Below are positions 30,404-39,993 of a stretch of 64,000 nucleotides of DNA, piece after piece. Location: NCBI GenBank assembly GCA_964291625.2, contig OZ220089.1, forward strand, positions 3,392,001 to 3,456,000, read 5' to 3'. The notes below the pieces were generated by a model. It did no database searches and was not told the origin of the DNA. It saw only the letters and a program-made list of their open reading frames with translations. Origin of the DNA: Candidatus Latescibacterota bacterium (GTDB lineage Bacteria; Latescibacterota; UBA2968; UBA8231). The stretch's first letter is position 1. The number at the start of each line of letters is the position of its first letter. Both the position numbers and the translations under genes were made by a program.

Positions 30404-31165
30404 ATGAAGGTCCTGATCACCGGCATGAGCGGCCTCATCGGCGGCGCCGTGCGGCGGCAGCTGGAGGGCCGCTTCGAGCTGTCGGCCCTGAACCGCCGCC
30501 CCGTGGAGGGAGTCCCCTGCCACCGGGCGGACATCGCCGATCTCGAGGCGATCCGCCCCGCCTTCGAGGGCGTGGACGCGGTCGTCCACCTGGCGGCGGC
30601 GATCCGCGGCGACTGGGAGACCCTGCTGCGCAACAACGTGGTGGGCACGCGCAACGTGCTGGAGGCGTCGTGCCAGGCGGGGGTGTCCCGCGTGGTCTAC
30701 GCCAGCAGCGGCTCGGTGGTCTCGGGCTGGGAGCGGGAGGAGCCGTACAAGAGCCTGGTCTCAGCGGATCCCGCCGACGTCCCCGCCTCCTGGGAGATGC
30801 TCACCCACGAGACCCCGCTGCGGCCGGCGGGCCTCTACGGCTGCACCAAGGCCTGGGGCGAGGCCCTGGCCCGGCACTACTCGGACTCCACCGGGCTCTC
30901 GGTGATCTGCCTGCGCATCGGCGCCGTCCGCCCCGAGGACCGGCCCCTGGAGCGGCGCGACGAGTCCGTGTACTGCAGCCAGGCCAACGTGGCCCTCCTC
31001 GTCGAGCGCTGCGTCACGGCGCCGGCGGAGGTCGGCTTCGACGTGTTCTACGCGGTCTCCGACAATCGGCTCAGCTACCGCGACACCGAGCACGCCCGCC
31101 GGGTCCTGGGCCACGAGCCGCTGGGCTCCGCCGATTGCCCACCGGAAAGCCCGCCCGTACCGTAG
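30404..31165 (+). CDS. NAD-dependent epimerase/dehydratase (uronate dehydrogenase-like SDR)
   Basis: TGMSGLIG, VVHLAA, YGCTK, ICLRIG. Confidence 0.85.
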   Translation: MKVLITGMSGLIGGAVRRQLEGRFELSALNRRPVEGVPCHRADIADLEAIRPAFEGVDAVVHLAAAIRGDWETLLRNNVVGTRNVLEASCQAGVSRVVYASSGSVVSGWEREEPYKSLVSADPADVPASWEMLTHETPLRPAGLYGCTKAWGEALARHYSDSTGLSVICLRIGAVRPEDRPLERRDESVYCSQANVALLVERCVTAPAEVGFDVFYAVSDNRLSYRDTEHARRVLGHEPLGSADCPPESPPVP

Positions 31166-31185
31166 TGAGAAAGGAAGGAGAGAGG

Positions 31186-31413
31186 ATGATCGACAAGATC
31201 GAGATCCAGTACTGCAGCTCCTGAGGCTACGAACCCCAGGCCGTCGGTCTGACGGCCGCAATCCTGAAGCACAAGAAGCTCGACCTCGGCCAGCTCGTGC
31301 TCCTGCCGTCCCACGGCGGGCGCTTCGAGGTCACGGTTGACGGCGAGCTGATCTTCTCCAAGCTAGCCGAGGGGCGTTTCCCCGAGGAGAGGGAGATCCT
31401 CGAGAAGATCTAG
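31186..31413 (+). CDS. SelT/SelW/SelH (Rdx) family selenoprotein, 75 aa, Sec at UGA 31222-31224
   Basis: MIDKIEIQYCSSUGYEPQAVGLTAAILKHKKLDLGQLVLLPSHGGRFEVTVDGELIFSKLAEGRFPEEREILEKI*; CxxU motif; Rdx homology continues past the UGA; strong RBS; SECIS. Confidence 0.92.
31239..31257 (+). promoter_or_regulatory. Bacterial SECIS element
   Basis: GGCCGTC-GGTCT-GACGGCC perfect hairpin starting 15 nt after the in-frame TGA; the GGUCU loop resembles the E. coli fdhF SECIS apex. Confidence 0.85.
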
Positions 31414-31432
31414 CTTCGGGGAGATCCGCAAA

Positions 31433-31484
31433 GAGAGCCCGCCCGCGGTCCGGTGCATGTCGCCGGTTCCGCGGGCGGGCTCTT
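31433..31484. terminator. Long hairpin, probable bidirectional terminator between convergent genes
   Basis: GAGCCCGCCCGCGG...CCGCGGGCGGGCTC with inner CCGG/CCGG pairing. Confidence 0.6.
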
Positions 31485-31498
31485 CTGGTTCTGGTGGG

Positions 31499-31735
31499 TT
31501 ACAGCAGCTTGACCAGCGCCGCAACCGCGACGACGGCAACGACGAGCATGCCGCCCATCATGCCCAGCCGGATGATCAGCCGCTGTTCCAGGCGTTCCAG
31601 GTCGTCCTTGGTCGCCAGCCGCTCGTCGATGAGCCTGGCCTGTTCGTCGGCCAGCGCTTCGGCCTGTTCTTCGGGCATCCCGACGCCTGTCAGGCGCTTC
31701 ACGAAGGCGTGCGTATCGAAGACGATGCTGGCCAT
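31499..31735 (-). CDS. DUF1640/CCDC90-like small coiled-coil membrane-anchored protein
   Basis: FDTHAFVKRL...GMPEEQAEAL...LATKDDL, C-terminal TM helix. Confidence 0.85.
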   Translation of the reverse strand: MASIVFDTHAFVKRLTGVGMPEEQAEALADEQARLIDERLATKDDLERLEQRLIIRLGMMGGMLVVAVVAVAALVKLL

Positions 31736-31789
31736 AGCTCAACGAGAAGGTTCAACGGCGTCGGCGCAATGGAGCGGGCGGGTCGGTTG

Positions 31790-31886
31790 TGGCGGGAATG
31801 TGTGGGAATCGAACCCACCCGGCGCGGGAGACCGCGCCGCAACGGATTTGAAGTCCGCGAGGGCCACCAGAGCCCCAGCCATTCCC
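31790..31886 (-). tRNA. selC: tRNA-Sec (UCA anticodon)
   Basis: GGGAATGG...GCGGA-CTTCAAA-TCCGT, 8-bp variable arm, GTGGG-TTCGATT-CCCAC, ends GCCA; 97 nt, directly after selB. Confidence 0.96.
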
Positions 31887-31902
31887 TTCCGGCGGTGTCA
31901 GG

Positions 31903-33846
31903 TCAATCTCCGGCGGGGTTTCCGCCACTGTCAACCGCGCCGGGGACGAGGCGGCGGAGGGCGTCTTCCCGTTGGGTCAGGCCCTTGCCGTCGAAGTAGT
32001 TGAGCAGGGGCAGGGCGAAGCGCCGCGTGGTATCCACCAGCTCGCGGAAGCCGGCGACCTCGATCTGCCCGTGCTCCCGCAGGTAGGCGACGAGGTCCGA
32101 CTCGATCCGCTCCAGCACCCCGGCGTCGAAGAGGAGGCCGTCCCGCAGCCGCACGAGGTCGCCGCGCTCCTGCATGACGGCGACCACGGCCTCCACCTCC
32201 GCCGCCGGCCGGCCCAGCCTCCCGGGCAGCTCCCCCTCGTCCGGAGGCCGGGCGCCGCCGTCCCGCAGGGCCTGGCCGATCGCCTGCCGCAGCGCCTCCT
32301 GCTCAGCCGTCAGCTCGACCCGGTGCCCGGGCAGGGACAGCCGCCCGGCCTCCAGGCGCACCCGGCCGACCGCGGCCAGGGACTCCGCCACCGCCTGGAA
32401 GACGGCGGCCTCGGGATCGCCGCCGGTGCGCCGGTTCAGCTCCTCCCGGGATACCGCCGGCTGCAGGGGCTGCTCCTCGTGGAATGCGGCCAGCGCCGCC
32501 AGGATCTCCTCCCCCAGGCGCTCCCAGGCGCCGACGTGCACGAAGCGCCGCCGGCCCGCCTGCTCGAAGTCGACGCAGGCGCCGCGGTCGCGCAGCTCCC
32601 TCAGCCTCGCCTCCACCTCGGCGACGCTCCTTCCCAGAACAGGGGCGAGGTCCGACCCCGAGTTGCTGCCGGCGCCGGCGTCGAGCAACAGGGACTCCAG
32701 GACCGCCCCGGGATCCTCCGTCTGCAGGCGCCGCAGCTGCTCCAGCACCTCGGGGCGCCGCCGCCGCTGTGGTCGCGCCCGGGGATGGAGGACGGAGCCG
32801 CCGGCGATGGTGCGGGCCGGCGAGTAGCGGCGCGCCACGAAGCGGTCCCCGTGGGCGGCCACCCCCGGCCTCTCCAGCCGGAGCTGCACGAAGCCGCTCT
32901 CGCCGGGGGCCAGGACGTCGGCGTCGAGCAGCACCACCCGCCCCAGGACCTCCCCCGGCCCCAGGTGGAGGCGCAGGCGGTCCCGGTGCTTCAGGACCGC
33001 CGGGGCGTCGGGGAGCATCCGCAGGTGGGCGTCGATCAGGCTCGTGGCCTCGAAGAACCCCGGCTCGGCCAGGGTGTCGCCGCGGGCGACGTCGTCGACG
33101 TCGACGTCGGACAGGTTCACGGCGGCGCGGTCCCCGGGCCCCGCCGCGGCCACGTCGCGGCCGTGGATCTGCACCCCCCGCACGCGCACCGGACGGCCCC
33201 GCGGCTGCAGGACCAGCTCGTCCCGGGGCCGCACCGAGCCGGCCAGGACGGTGCCGGTCACCACCGTGCCGAAGCCGCTCATGGAGAAGGCGCGGTCCAC
33301 GGGCAGGCGCAGGGCGCCCCGGTCGGGGCGTTCCCCGACGCCGGCGACGCGCGCCTCCAGCAGCTCCCGCAGGCGGTCGATCCCGTCGCCGGTCACCGAG
33401 GAGACGGGGAGGATCTCGGCCGTCTCGAGGAAGGTGCCGGCGAGCAGCTCGCGCAGGTCCTCGACGACCATCTCCACCCACTCCGGCTCCACCAGGTCGG
33501 TCTTGGTGAGGGCCACGATCCCGTCGCTCACCCCGAGGAGGCGGAGGATGGCGAGGTGCTCCCGCGTCTGGGGCATGACGCCGTCGTCGGCGGCGACCAC
33601 GAAGAGGGCGAGGTCGACGGAGCTGACGCCGGCCACCGCGTTCTTGACGAAGCGCTCGTGGCCGGGCACGTCGATGAGGGTGACGCCCTCCCTCCAGTAG
33701 GCGAAGCCCACGTCGATGGTCAGCCCCCGGGCCCGCTCCTGCGGGTGGGTGTCGGTCTCGATGCCGGTGAGGGCCTTCACCAGGGCGGTCTTGCCGTGGT
33801 CGATGTGGCCCGCCGTGCCGATGATGACGTGGCGGTCCTCGGTCAC
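31903..33846 (-). CDS. selB: Selenocysteine-specific elongation factor SelB
   Basis: IGTAGHIDHGKT, RGLTIDVGFA, DVPGHERFVKN, C-terminal winged helix TTRRFALPLLNYFD. Confidence 0.96.
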   Translation of the reverse strand: MTEDRHVIIGTAGHIDHGKTALVKALTGIETDTHPQERARGLTIDVGFAYWREGVTLIDVPGHERFVKNAVAGVSSVDLALFVVAADDGVMPQTREHLAILRLLGVSDGIVALTKTDLVEPEWVEMVVEDLRELLAGTFLETAEILPVSSVTGDGIDRLRELLEARVAGVGERPDRGALRLPVDRAFSMSGFGTVVTGTVLAGSVRPRDELVLQPRGRPVRVRGVQIHGRDVAAAGPGDRAAVNLSDVDVDDVARGDTLAEPGFFEATSLIDAHLRMLPDAPAVLKHRDRLRLHLGPGEVLGRVVLLDADVLAPGESGFVQLRLERPGVAAHGDRFVARRYSPARTIAGGSVLHPRARPQRRRRPEVLEQLRRLQTEDPGAVLESLLLDAGAGSNSGSDLAPVLGRSVAEVEARLRELRDRGACVDFEQAGRRRFVHVGAWERLGEEILAALAAFHEEQPLQPAVSREELNRRTGGDPEAAVFQAVAESLAAVGRVRLEAGRLSLPGHRVELTAEQEALRQAIGQALRDGGARPPDEGELPGRLGRPAAEVEAVVAVMQERGDLVRLRDGLLFDAGVLERIESDLVAYLREHGQIEVAGFRELVDTTRRFALPLLNYFDGKGLTQREDALRRLVPGAVDSGGNPAGD

Positions 33847-35251
33847 GGCGGGACCGAGGCGCGGCGCAGGGCCGCCTCGAGGATGGCGATCTCGGCGGCG
33901 GCGACGGTGCGCAGGTCGAGGTGCAGGCGGTCGCCGCGCACGTACCCGAGGACCGGCGGGTCGTGCCGCCGCAGGCGCGCCGCCAGCTCCTCCACCGCAA
34001 GGGCCGGGGCTTCACGGCGAGGGCGGCGCTCGGGATCTCCTCCAGGGGCAGGGAGCCGCTGCCGGCCTGGGCCCGCGAGTCGATCACCTCGATGAGCCAG
34101 CCCGCCTCCCGGAGATCGGTTAGACGGCCGCGCAGGCGGCCCCCGCGGCGCTTGAGGGTGGACACCGGCACGGTGAGCCGGCTGAGCACCGGGTGCTCGG
34201 CCAGCAGCCGCGAGCGGTCGAGATAGAGGCGCAGGGTGGCCTCCAGGGCCGCGTAGGTCAGCTTGCCGCAGCGCAGGGCCCGCATCAGCGGGTTGGTGCG
34301 GATGCGGTCGACGCTCTCCCGGCGGCCGACGATCAGACCGGCCTGGGGGCCGCCGAGGACCTTGTCGCCGCTGAAGGTCACCACGTCGGCGCCGGCGCTC
34401 ACGCTGTCGGCCACCAGCGGCTCGGCGGGCAGGCCGAGTGCCGCCAGGTCGATGAGGGCGCCGCCGCCGAGGTCCCGCGCCACCGGCAGGCCGCGCCGGC
34501 GGCCGAGGGCGGCCAGATCCTCCAGGGGCACGGAGGCGGTGAACCCGAGGACGCGGTAGTTGCTGGTGTGGGCGTCGAGGAGCAGCCCCGTGCCCTCGCC
34601 GATCGCCGCCTCGTAGTCGGAGAGGTGGGTGCGGTTGGTGGTGCCCACCTCCACGGGGACCGCGCCGCTGCGCTCCATCACGTCGGGCAGGCGGAAGGAG
34701 CCGCCGATCTCGATCAGCTGGCCCCGGGAGACCACGACCTCGCGGCCCAGGGCGAGGCTGTTGAGGGTGATCAGCACCGCGGCGGCGTTGTTGTTGACCA
34801 CGGCCGCCGCCTCGGCGCCGGTCAGCTCGCAGAGCAGCTCCTCGACGATGCGGTGGCGGCTGCCGCGCCCGCCGGTCTCCAGGTCGATCTCCAGGCCGCA
34901 GTAGCCGGAGGCGGTCTCGGCGATGCGGCGGAGGGCGTCTGCGGTCAGGGGGGCGCGGCCGAGGTTGGTGTGCAGGACGATGCCGGTGGCGTTGACCACC
35001 GCGCCGAGGCGGGGGGCGAGCTTGCGGTCGAGGCCCTCGCGGACGGCGGCCACGGCGAGCTCGATCAGCTTCGGCCGGTCCGCGGGGGCGCGCCCCTCCA
35101 GCAGGTCTTCGCGCAGCCGGGCGAGGGAGTCCCGCACCAGGCCGGCCAGGACGCGGCGGTCGCAGCGGTCCTCCAGCCCGGCGACCCGGGGGTCGTCGAG
35201 GACGCGGTCCACCGGCGGCAGGGGGGACAGCGCTGTCTTGGAGGAGGTCAC
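33843..35251 (-). CDS. selA: L-seryl-tRNA(Sec) selenium transferase SelA; frameshift at about 34008
   Basis: VVNATGIVLHTNLGRAPL, VNNNAAA, EIGGSFRLPD, EVGTTNRT, FSGDKVLGGPQAG; C-terminus (LRRHDPPVLG...LDLRTV) lies in another frame after a CCCC run. Confidence 0.93.
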
Positions 35252-35485
35252 GGGGGGAGTCGGCAGATCCCGGGGCCGGGGAGCCCGGCGCCCGGGGCGA
35301 GGATACTCGACGCCCCCGCGGGCGGCAAGCCCGGAGAGGGTTGCGGCCGGCGCGGTCCACGGCGAACCGCGGCCGGCTCTTGAGCGGACCGGCCGCTGGA
35401 GGCCGGCTTCCCTTGTGCGCGGCGTCTCCGGGCCTCTCTCTTTCCGCTGCGCGGCGAACGCACCCCGACCCGAGGAGGGACAGCC

Positions 35486-36961
35486 ATGGCCGACGCAGGG
35501 CGCCGACCGAACGTGCTGCTCATCTGCACCGACCACTGGAGCGGGCTGCTGACGCGGCCGGCCGGGCACCCGGTGGTGATGACGCCCACGGTGGAGCAGA
35601 TGAGCCGCAACGGCGTCACCTTCGAGCAGGCCTACTCGGCCTGCCCCTCCTGCATCCCGGCGCGGCGCTCGCTGATGACGGGGATGAACGCCCGCTCCCA
35701 CGGGGACCGGACCTTCATGGACAAGAACCCCCTGCCCGACGCGCCGACCCTGGCCGGCTGCTTCCGCGAGGGCGGCTACCAGACCTACTGCGTGGGCAAG
35801 CTCCACGTATACCCCCAGCGCGACCGGGTCGGGTTCGACGAGGTGATTCTGGAGGAGCAGGGCCGCCACCAGTACGACGGCCGCGCCGACGACTGGGAGA
35901 TCTTCCTCGCCGAGCGCGGCCACGCCGGCATGGAGTACGCCGGCGGCATGTGCCACAACGACTTCCTGGCGCGGCCCTGGCACCTGCCCGAGGACTGCCA
36001 CCCCGTCAACTGGGCGGTGCGCCAGATGTCGAAGGCGATCCATCGGCGGGACCCGCGCAAGCCGGGGTTCTGGTACCTCTCGTTCTCTGCGCCCCATCCG
36101 CCGATGACGCCGCTTCGGGAGTACCTCGACATCTACCAGGACGTGGAGATCGACCGGCCGTCGACGGGGGACTGGTCCGCCGATCCGTCGCGGCTGCCCT
36201 ACACCCTCCGCTGCCGCAACGAGAACATGAGCGCCATGGTGGGGGCGCCCTGGCACGAGCAGCGCCTGGCGCGGCGCGCCTTCTACGCCACCCTCACCCA
36301 CATCGACAACCAGATGCGGCTCATGGTCGGCCTCCTGCGCGAGCAGGGGCTCCTCGACGACACGATCATCGCCTTCACCTCCGACCACGGCCACATGATC
36401 GGCGAGCACGGCCTGTGGTGCATGACCCCCCTCTACGAGATGTCGGCCAAGATCCCCCTCATCATCGTGCCGCCCCGCGGCGAGGAGCGGCTCGTTCCCG
36501 GGACGCGGGACACCCGGCTGGCCGAGTTCGGCGACCTCATGCCGACGCTCCTCGACCTGTGCGGGCTGCCGGTCCCGGCCACCGCCGACGGCCTCTCCCT
36601 GGCCGGGGAGGAGCGGCGCGACCACCTCTACGGGGAACACTTCGAAGGCGGGATGGCGACGCGCATGATCCGCGCCGGCCGCTACAAGCTGATCTATTAT
36701 GCCGCCGGCAACCGCTCGCAGCTCTTCGACCTGGAGACCGACCCGCGGGAGACGCGGGACCTGGCCCCCGATCCCGCTTGCGCCGACGACTTGAGGCGCC
36801 TGCAGGGACTGCTGATTGGCGAGCTCTACGGCGGCGACGAGGACTGGGTCCGGGACGGCGAGCTGGTGGGCCTGCCCGAGCCGGACTTCGACGCCACCTC
36901 CCGGCGCGCCATGGTCCCCCCCAAGGGGATGGGGAACCAGCGCGGCCTGCGGTTCGTGTGA
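35486..36961 (+). CDS. Cys-type (formylglycine-dependent) sulfatase
   Basis: RPNVLLICTD, CIPARRSLMTG (CxPxR), VGKLH, FTSDHG. Confidence 0.93.
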   Translation: MADAGRRPNVLLICTDHWSGLLTRPAGHPVVMTPTVEQMSRNGVTFEQAYSACPSCIPARRSLMTGMNARSHGDRTFMDKNPLPDAPTLAGCFREGGYQTYCVGKLHVYPQRDRVGFDEVILEEQGRHQYDGRADDWEIFLAERGHAGMEYAGGMCHNDFLARPWHLPEDCHPVNWAVRQMSKAIHRRDPRKPGFWYLSFSAPHPPMTPLREYLDIYQDVEIDRPSTGDWSADPSRLPYTLRCRNENMSAMVGAPWHEQRLARRAFYATLTHIDNQMRLMVGLLREQGLLDDTIIAFTSDHGHMIGEHGLWCMTPLYEMSAKIPLIIVPPRGEERLVPGTRDTRLAEFGDLMPTLLDLCGLPVPATADGLSLAGEERRDHLYGEHFEGGMATRMIRAGRYKLIYYAAGNRSQLFDLETDPRETRDLAPDPACADDLRRLQGLLIGELYGGDEDWVRDGELVGLPEPDFDATSRRAMVPPKGMGNQRGLRFV

Positions 36962-36978
36962 GTCCTGAGAGGATTCCC

Positions 36979-38640
36979 ATGGGCTCGACCATGCTTTCCG
37001 CCGCATTCGTCACCATCCTGCTGTGGATGTGCGGCTGCGGATCGAGGCCTGCCGAGGGGCCCGTGCAGCCGGACCGCGAGGCTGGCGAGGTGACCTTCGC
37101 CGACACGGGACTGACGACGGCGGTCGCCAGGGCCCTGGTCGTCGAGGATCGGGCCTTCAGCCAGGGCGCGCTGGCGGCCCTGACCGTGCTGAACGCAAGC
37201 GGCCACGGCGTCGAGCAACTCGACGGCATCCGGGTCCTGGGCCATCTCGAGCGGCTGACCCTGGCCGACAACCGCATCCGGGAGATCGCCCCCCTGGCCG
37301 CCCTGACCCGGTTGAAATGGCTGGATCTGAGAAACAACCGGATCCGCGATCTGTCACCCCTGAAGGACCTGCAAGACCTGCGGTACCTGGATCTCTCTCT
37401 CAACGATGTCGTCAGCATCGAGCCCCTGAGCGGGCTGGCCCGTCTGCAGACACTCATTCTGTCCCACAATCCAACGGCCGACCTGACGCCGTTGTTGGCC
37501 TTCGAGGCGATGGACTACATCGAGCTGGCCGATGCTCAGTTGTCCACCGAGGACGAAGCCCTGCTGGGCCGACTCCAGGAGAAGGGTGTAGAGGTCTTTC
37601 TGCGGCGAGAGGCTCCCGACGAGGACGAGCCCGAGCCGTCCGAGATCGGCAGGATCATCCAGACGAAGATCGCTTTCGTGGCCAACCTCGACAGCACCGG
37701 CTGGTTCGACATCTACGTGTTGGACTCGACGGGGCGTCTCCGCCGGCTGACCCATGACGAAGGGGAAGAGGGGAGGTCTCGCCGGTCCCCCCTCTCCTGG
37801 TCCCCGGACGGGACGAAGATCGCTTTCGACCGGGACGGGGATCTGTTCACCGTCGACGTGGACAGCGGGGCAGAGACAAGGCTCACACAGACCAAGGGCT
37901 GGGAGGGGGACCCGACCTGGTCGCCCGACGGCCACAGGATCGCCTACGTGGGACAGAGTCCGACCGAGATCGAGGTCCCCAGGAGAGAAGTCGGGGGCCA
38001 GATAGTCGGCGGCTTCTCCATCAAGCCCAATGAGCTCTTCGTCATGGACGCCGATGGCGGCAGTCACAGGCAGGTGACCGATGACATACTCGCGGAGCGG
38101 TCCGTCGAGTGGTCGGGTCACGACAAGCTCGTCTACTGCGTGGGCATTGGATGGCATCCCTACCCCAGGGAGAGGATCGGGGTACACGAGATCAGCCTGG
38201 ATGGCGGGACGGCGCGGATGATCACCGAGGAGCAGGACATGTCCAGCGGAATCCACGCATGGGACTACTACGATCCGGCCCTCTCACCCGACGGCCAGCG
38301 ACTGCTCCTGGTCAGGGAACGGAACATCAATACGTGGGTGGACCCGCCCGTCCTGTCCAAACGAACGGACCTGGTGCTGATCGACATCGCCACCGGCGAT
38401 CTGACCGTCCTTACCGAGGACAGCATCTTCAACGAGGTGCGGACGAGTTTCGTCAGGGCTCCGAGCTGGTCGCCCGATGGTTCCAGGATCCTCTTTGTCG
38501 CGGATGGAAATGGAAATTGGGCGGATCTGTACGTGATGGAGGCAGACGGGAGCAGCCTGATCCGGGTGATGGAGGAGAATCCACGAGACCCGGCCGGGTG
38601 GGCGAGGAGATACCTGCGCGCCAGCTGGGCGCCTAGATGA
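36979..38640 (+). CDS. Lipoprotein with internalin-like LRRs plus TolB/PD40 beta-propeller
   Basis: LWMCGC lipobox-like; LxxLxLxxNxIxD(L/I)xPL repeats; WSPDG repeats. Confidence 0.85.
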   Translation: MGSTMLSAAFVTILLWMCGCGSRPAEGPVQPDREAGEVTFADTGLTTAVARALVVEDRAFSQGALAALTVLNASGHGVEQLDGIRVLGHLERLTLADNRIREIAPLAALTRLKWLDLRNNRIRDLSPLKDLQDLRYLDLSLNDVVSIEPLSGLARLQTLILSHNPTADLTPLLAFEAMDYIELADAQLSTEDEALLGRLQEKGVEVFLRREAPDEDEPEPSEIGRIIQTKIAFVANLDSTGWFDIYVLDSTGRLRRLTHDEGEEGRSRRSPLSWSPDGTKIAFDRDGDLFTVDVDSGAETRLTQTKGWEGDPTWSPDGHRIAYVGQSPTEIEVPRREVGGQIVGGFSIKPNELFVMDADGGSHRQVTDDILAERSVEWSGHDKLVYCVGIGWHPYPRERIGVHEISLDGGTARMITEEQDMSSGIHAWDYYDPALSPDGQRLLLVRERNINTWVDPPVLSKRTDLVLIDIATGDLTVLTEDSIFNEVRTSFVRAPSWSPDGSRILFVADGNGNWADLYVMEADGSSLIRVMEENPRDPAGWARRYLRASWAPR

Positions 38641-39739
38641 AGAGCCGTTCGACGAAGAGGTCGCCGATACGCCGGGCCGCGGCGCCGTCCCACAACTCGG
38701 GGACGGCGCCCTTCTTGTAGTTCCCGTCCAGGATCTGATCGGTCTTGCGCTCGATCAGGTCGGCGTCGAGGTCGACCACGGTGGCCGTCCCCACCTCGAC
38801 GGTCACCGGCCGCTCGGTGGACGGACGCAGGGTCAGGCAGGGGACCCCGAAGACGGTGGACTCCTCCTGCAGGCCGGCCGAGTCCGACAACACGAGGCGC
38901 GCCTCCTTCTGCAGCCGCAGCGAATCCAGGTAACCCACCGGCTCGACGAGGCGCAGGTCTGGCGCCTGGGCCAGCCGCCCCTGGAGCCCGAAGCTCTCGA
39001 TGCGGTTGCGGGTGCGCGGATGGACGGGGAAGACCACCGGCAGGCGCCGCTGCACCCGCTCGATGGCGTCGATCGCCTGCCGCAGGCGGTCCTCGACGTC
39101 GACGTTGAAGTCCCGGTGCAGGGTGAGGTACGCGTACCCCCGCGGCTCCAGGCCGAGATCCTCCAGCACCGTCGACTTGTCCAGGGATTCCAGCGCCCGA
39201 TGCAGCGAATCCACCATCACGTTGCCGACGAAGTGGATCCGCTCCGCGGGGATGCCCTCGGCGCGCAGGTTGTCGTCGGCGTCGCGGGAGGGGGTGAACA
39301 GGACGTCGCAGACGGCGTCGGTGACGATGCGGTTGATCTCCTCCGGCATGCGGCGGTCGCGGCTGCGCAGGCCGGCCTCCACGTGGGCCACCGGGACGTG
39401 GAGCTTCACCGCGCCGAGGGCGCAGGCCATGGTGCCGGTCACGTCCCCCACGACGACGACGAGATCGGGCTCCTCCTCGATCAGGACCGGGTCGAAGGCG
39501 GCCATGATGCGCCCCGTCTGCACGCCGTGGGTCCCCGAGCCGGCCCCCAGGTGGTGGTCGGGCGGCGGCAGCTCGAGGTCGTCGAAGAACACGTCGGAGA
39601 GCAGGGAGTCGTAGTGCTGCCCGGTGTGGACCAGGCAGATGTCGAAGAGCTCCGGCCGTTCCCGCAGCCGGGCGAGGATGGGCGCCACCTTCATGAAGTT
39701 GGGCCGCGTGCTGACGACGAGGAGGATCTTGCGCTTCAT
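38633..39739 (-). CDS. wecB: UDP-N-acetylglucosamine 2-epimerase (non-hydrolysing)
   Basis: TRPNFMKVAP, VHTGQHYD, HVEAGLRS.DRRMPEEINR, DSAGLQEE, PELWDG. Confidence 0.93.
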   Translation of the reverse strand: MKRKILLVVSTRPNFMKVAPILARLRERPELFDICLVHTGQHYDSLLSDVFFDDLELPPPDHHLGAGSGTHGVQTGRIMAAFDPVLIEEEPDLVVVVGDVTGTMACALGAVKLHVPVAHVEAGLRSRDRRMPEEINRIVTDAVCDVLFTPSRDADDNLRAEGIPAERIHFVGNVMVDSLHRALESLDKSTVLEDLGLEPRGYAYLTLHRDFNVDVEDRLRQAIDAIERVQRRLPVVFPVHPRTRNRIESFGLQGRLAQAPDLRLVEPVGYLDSLRLQKEARLVLSDSAGLQEESTVFGVPCLTLRPSTERPVTVEVGTATVVDLDADLIERKTDQILDGNYKKGAVPELWDGAAARRIGDLFVERLFI

Positions 39740-39771
39740 GCCCCGACCTCACGCCGGACCGGGCGACGGGG

Positions 39772-39993
39772 TCAGCCCCGAGCTTCGTCGAGGTACTCGT
39801 CGACTCCAAGCCCGGTCGGCAGGCGTCCGCGGCCCCGCCACTTGCGGATCACGTCTTCGGGCTGAACCTTGCGCGCCACCAGGACTCCGTCCTCGACCTT
39901 GAGGTCCAGCACTGTCCCCGCCTCGAGCCCGAGCTCGTCGCGGCAGGACTTGGGAATCGTCACCACTCCTCCACGGCCAAGTGTCGCCTTCAT
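39772..39993 (-). CDS. AbrB/MazE/SpoVT family DNA-binding protein (antitoxin-like, no adjacent toxin)
   Basis: MKATLGRGGVVTIPKSCRDELGLEAGTVLDL...DEYLDEARG; ATGA overlap with the upstream gene. Confidence 0.8.
   Translation of the reverse strand: MKATLGRGGVVTIPKSCRDELGLEAGTVLDLKVEDGVLVARKVQPEDVIRKWRGRGRLPTGLGVDEYLDEARG

Noticed and set aside
31790-31886. G-A apposition at the eighth acceptor-stem pair of tRNA-Sec
   Set aside because: Probably within natural selC variation; the rest of the fold is canonical
32303-37006. 1567-aa ORF apparently fusing SelA to other sequence
   Set aside because: Product of the selA frameshift plus shadow frame; only 35251 to about 34008 is real SelA
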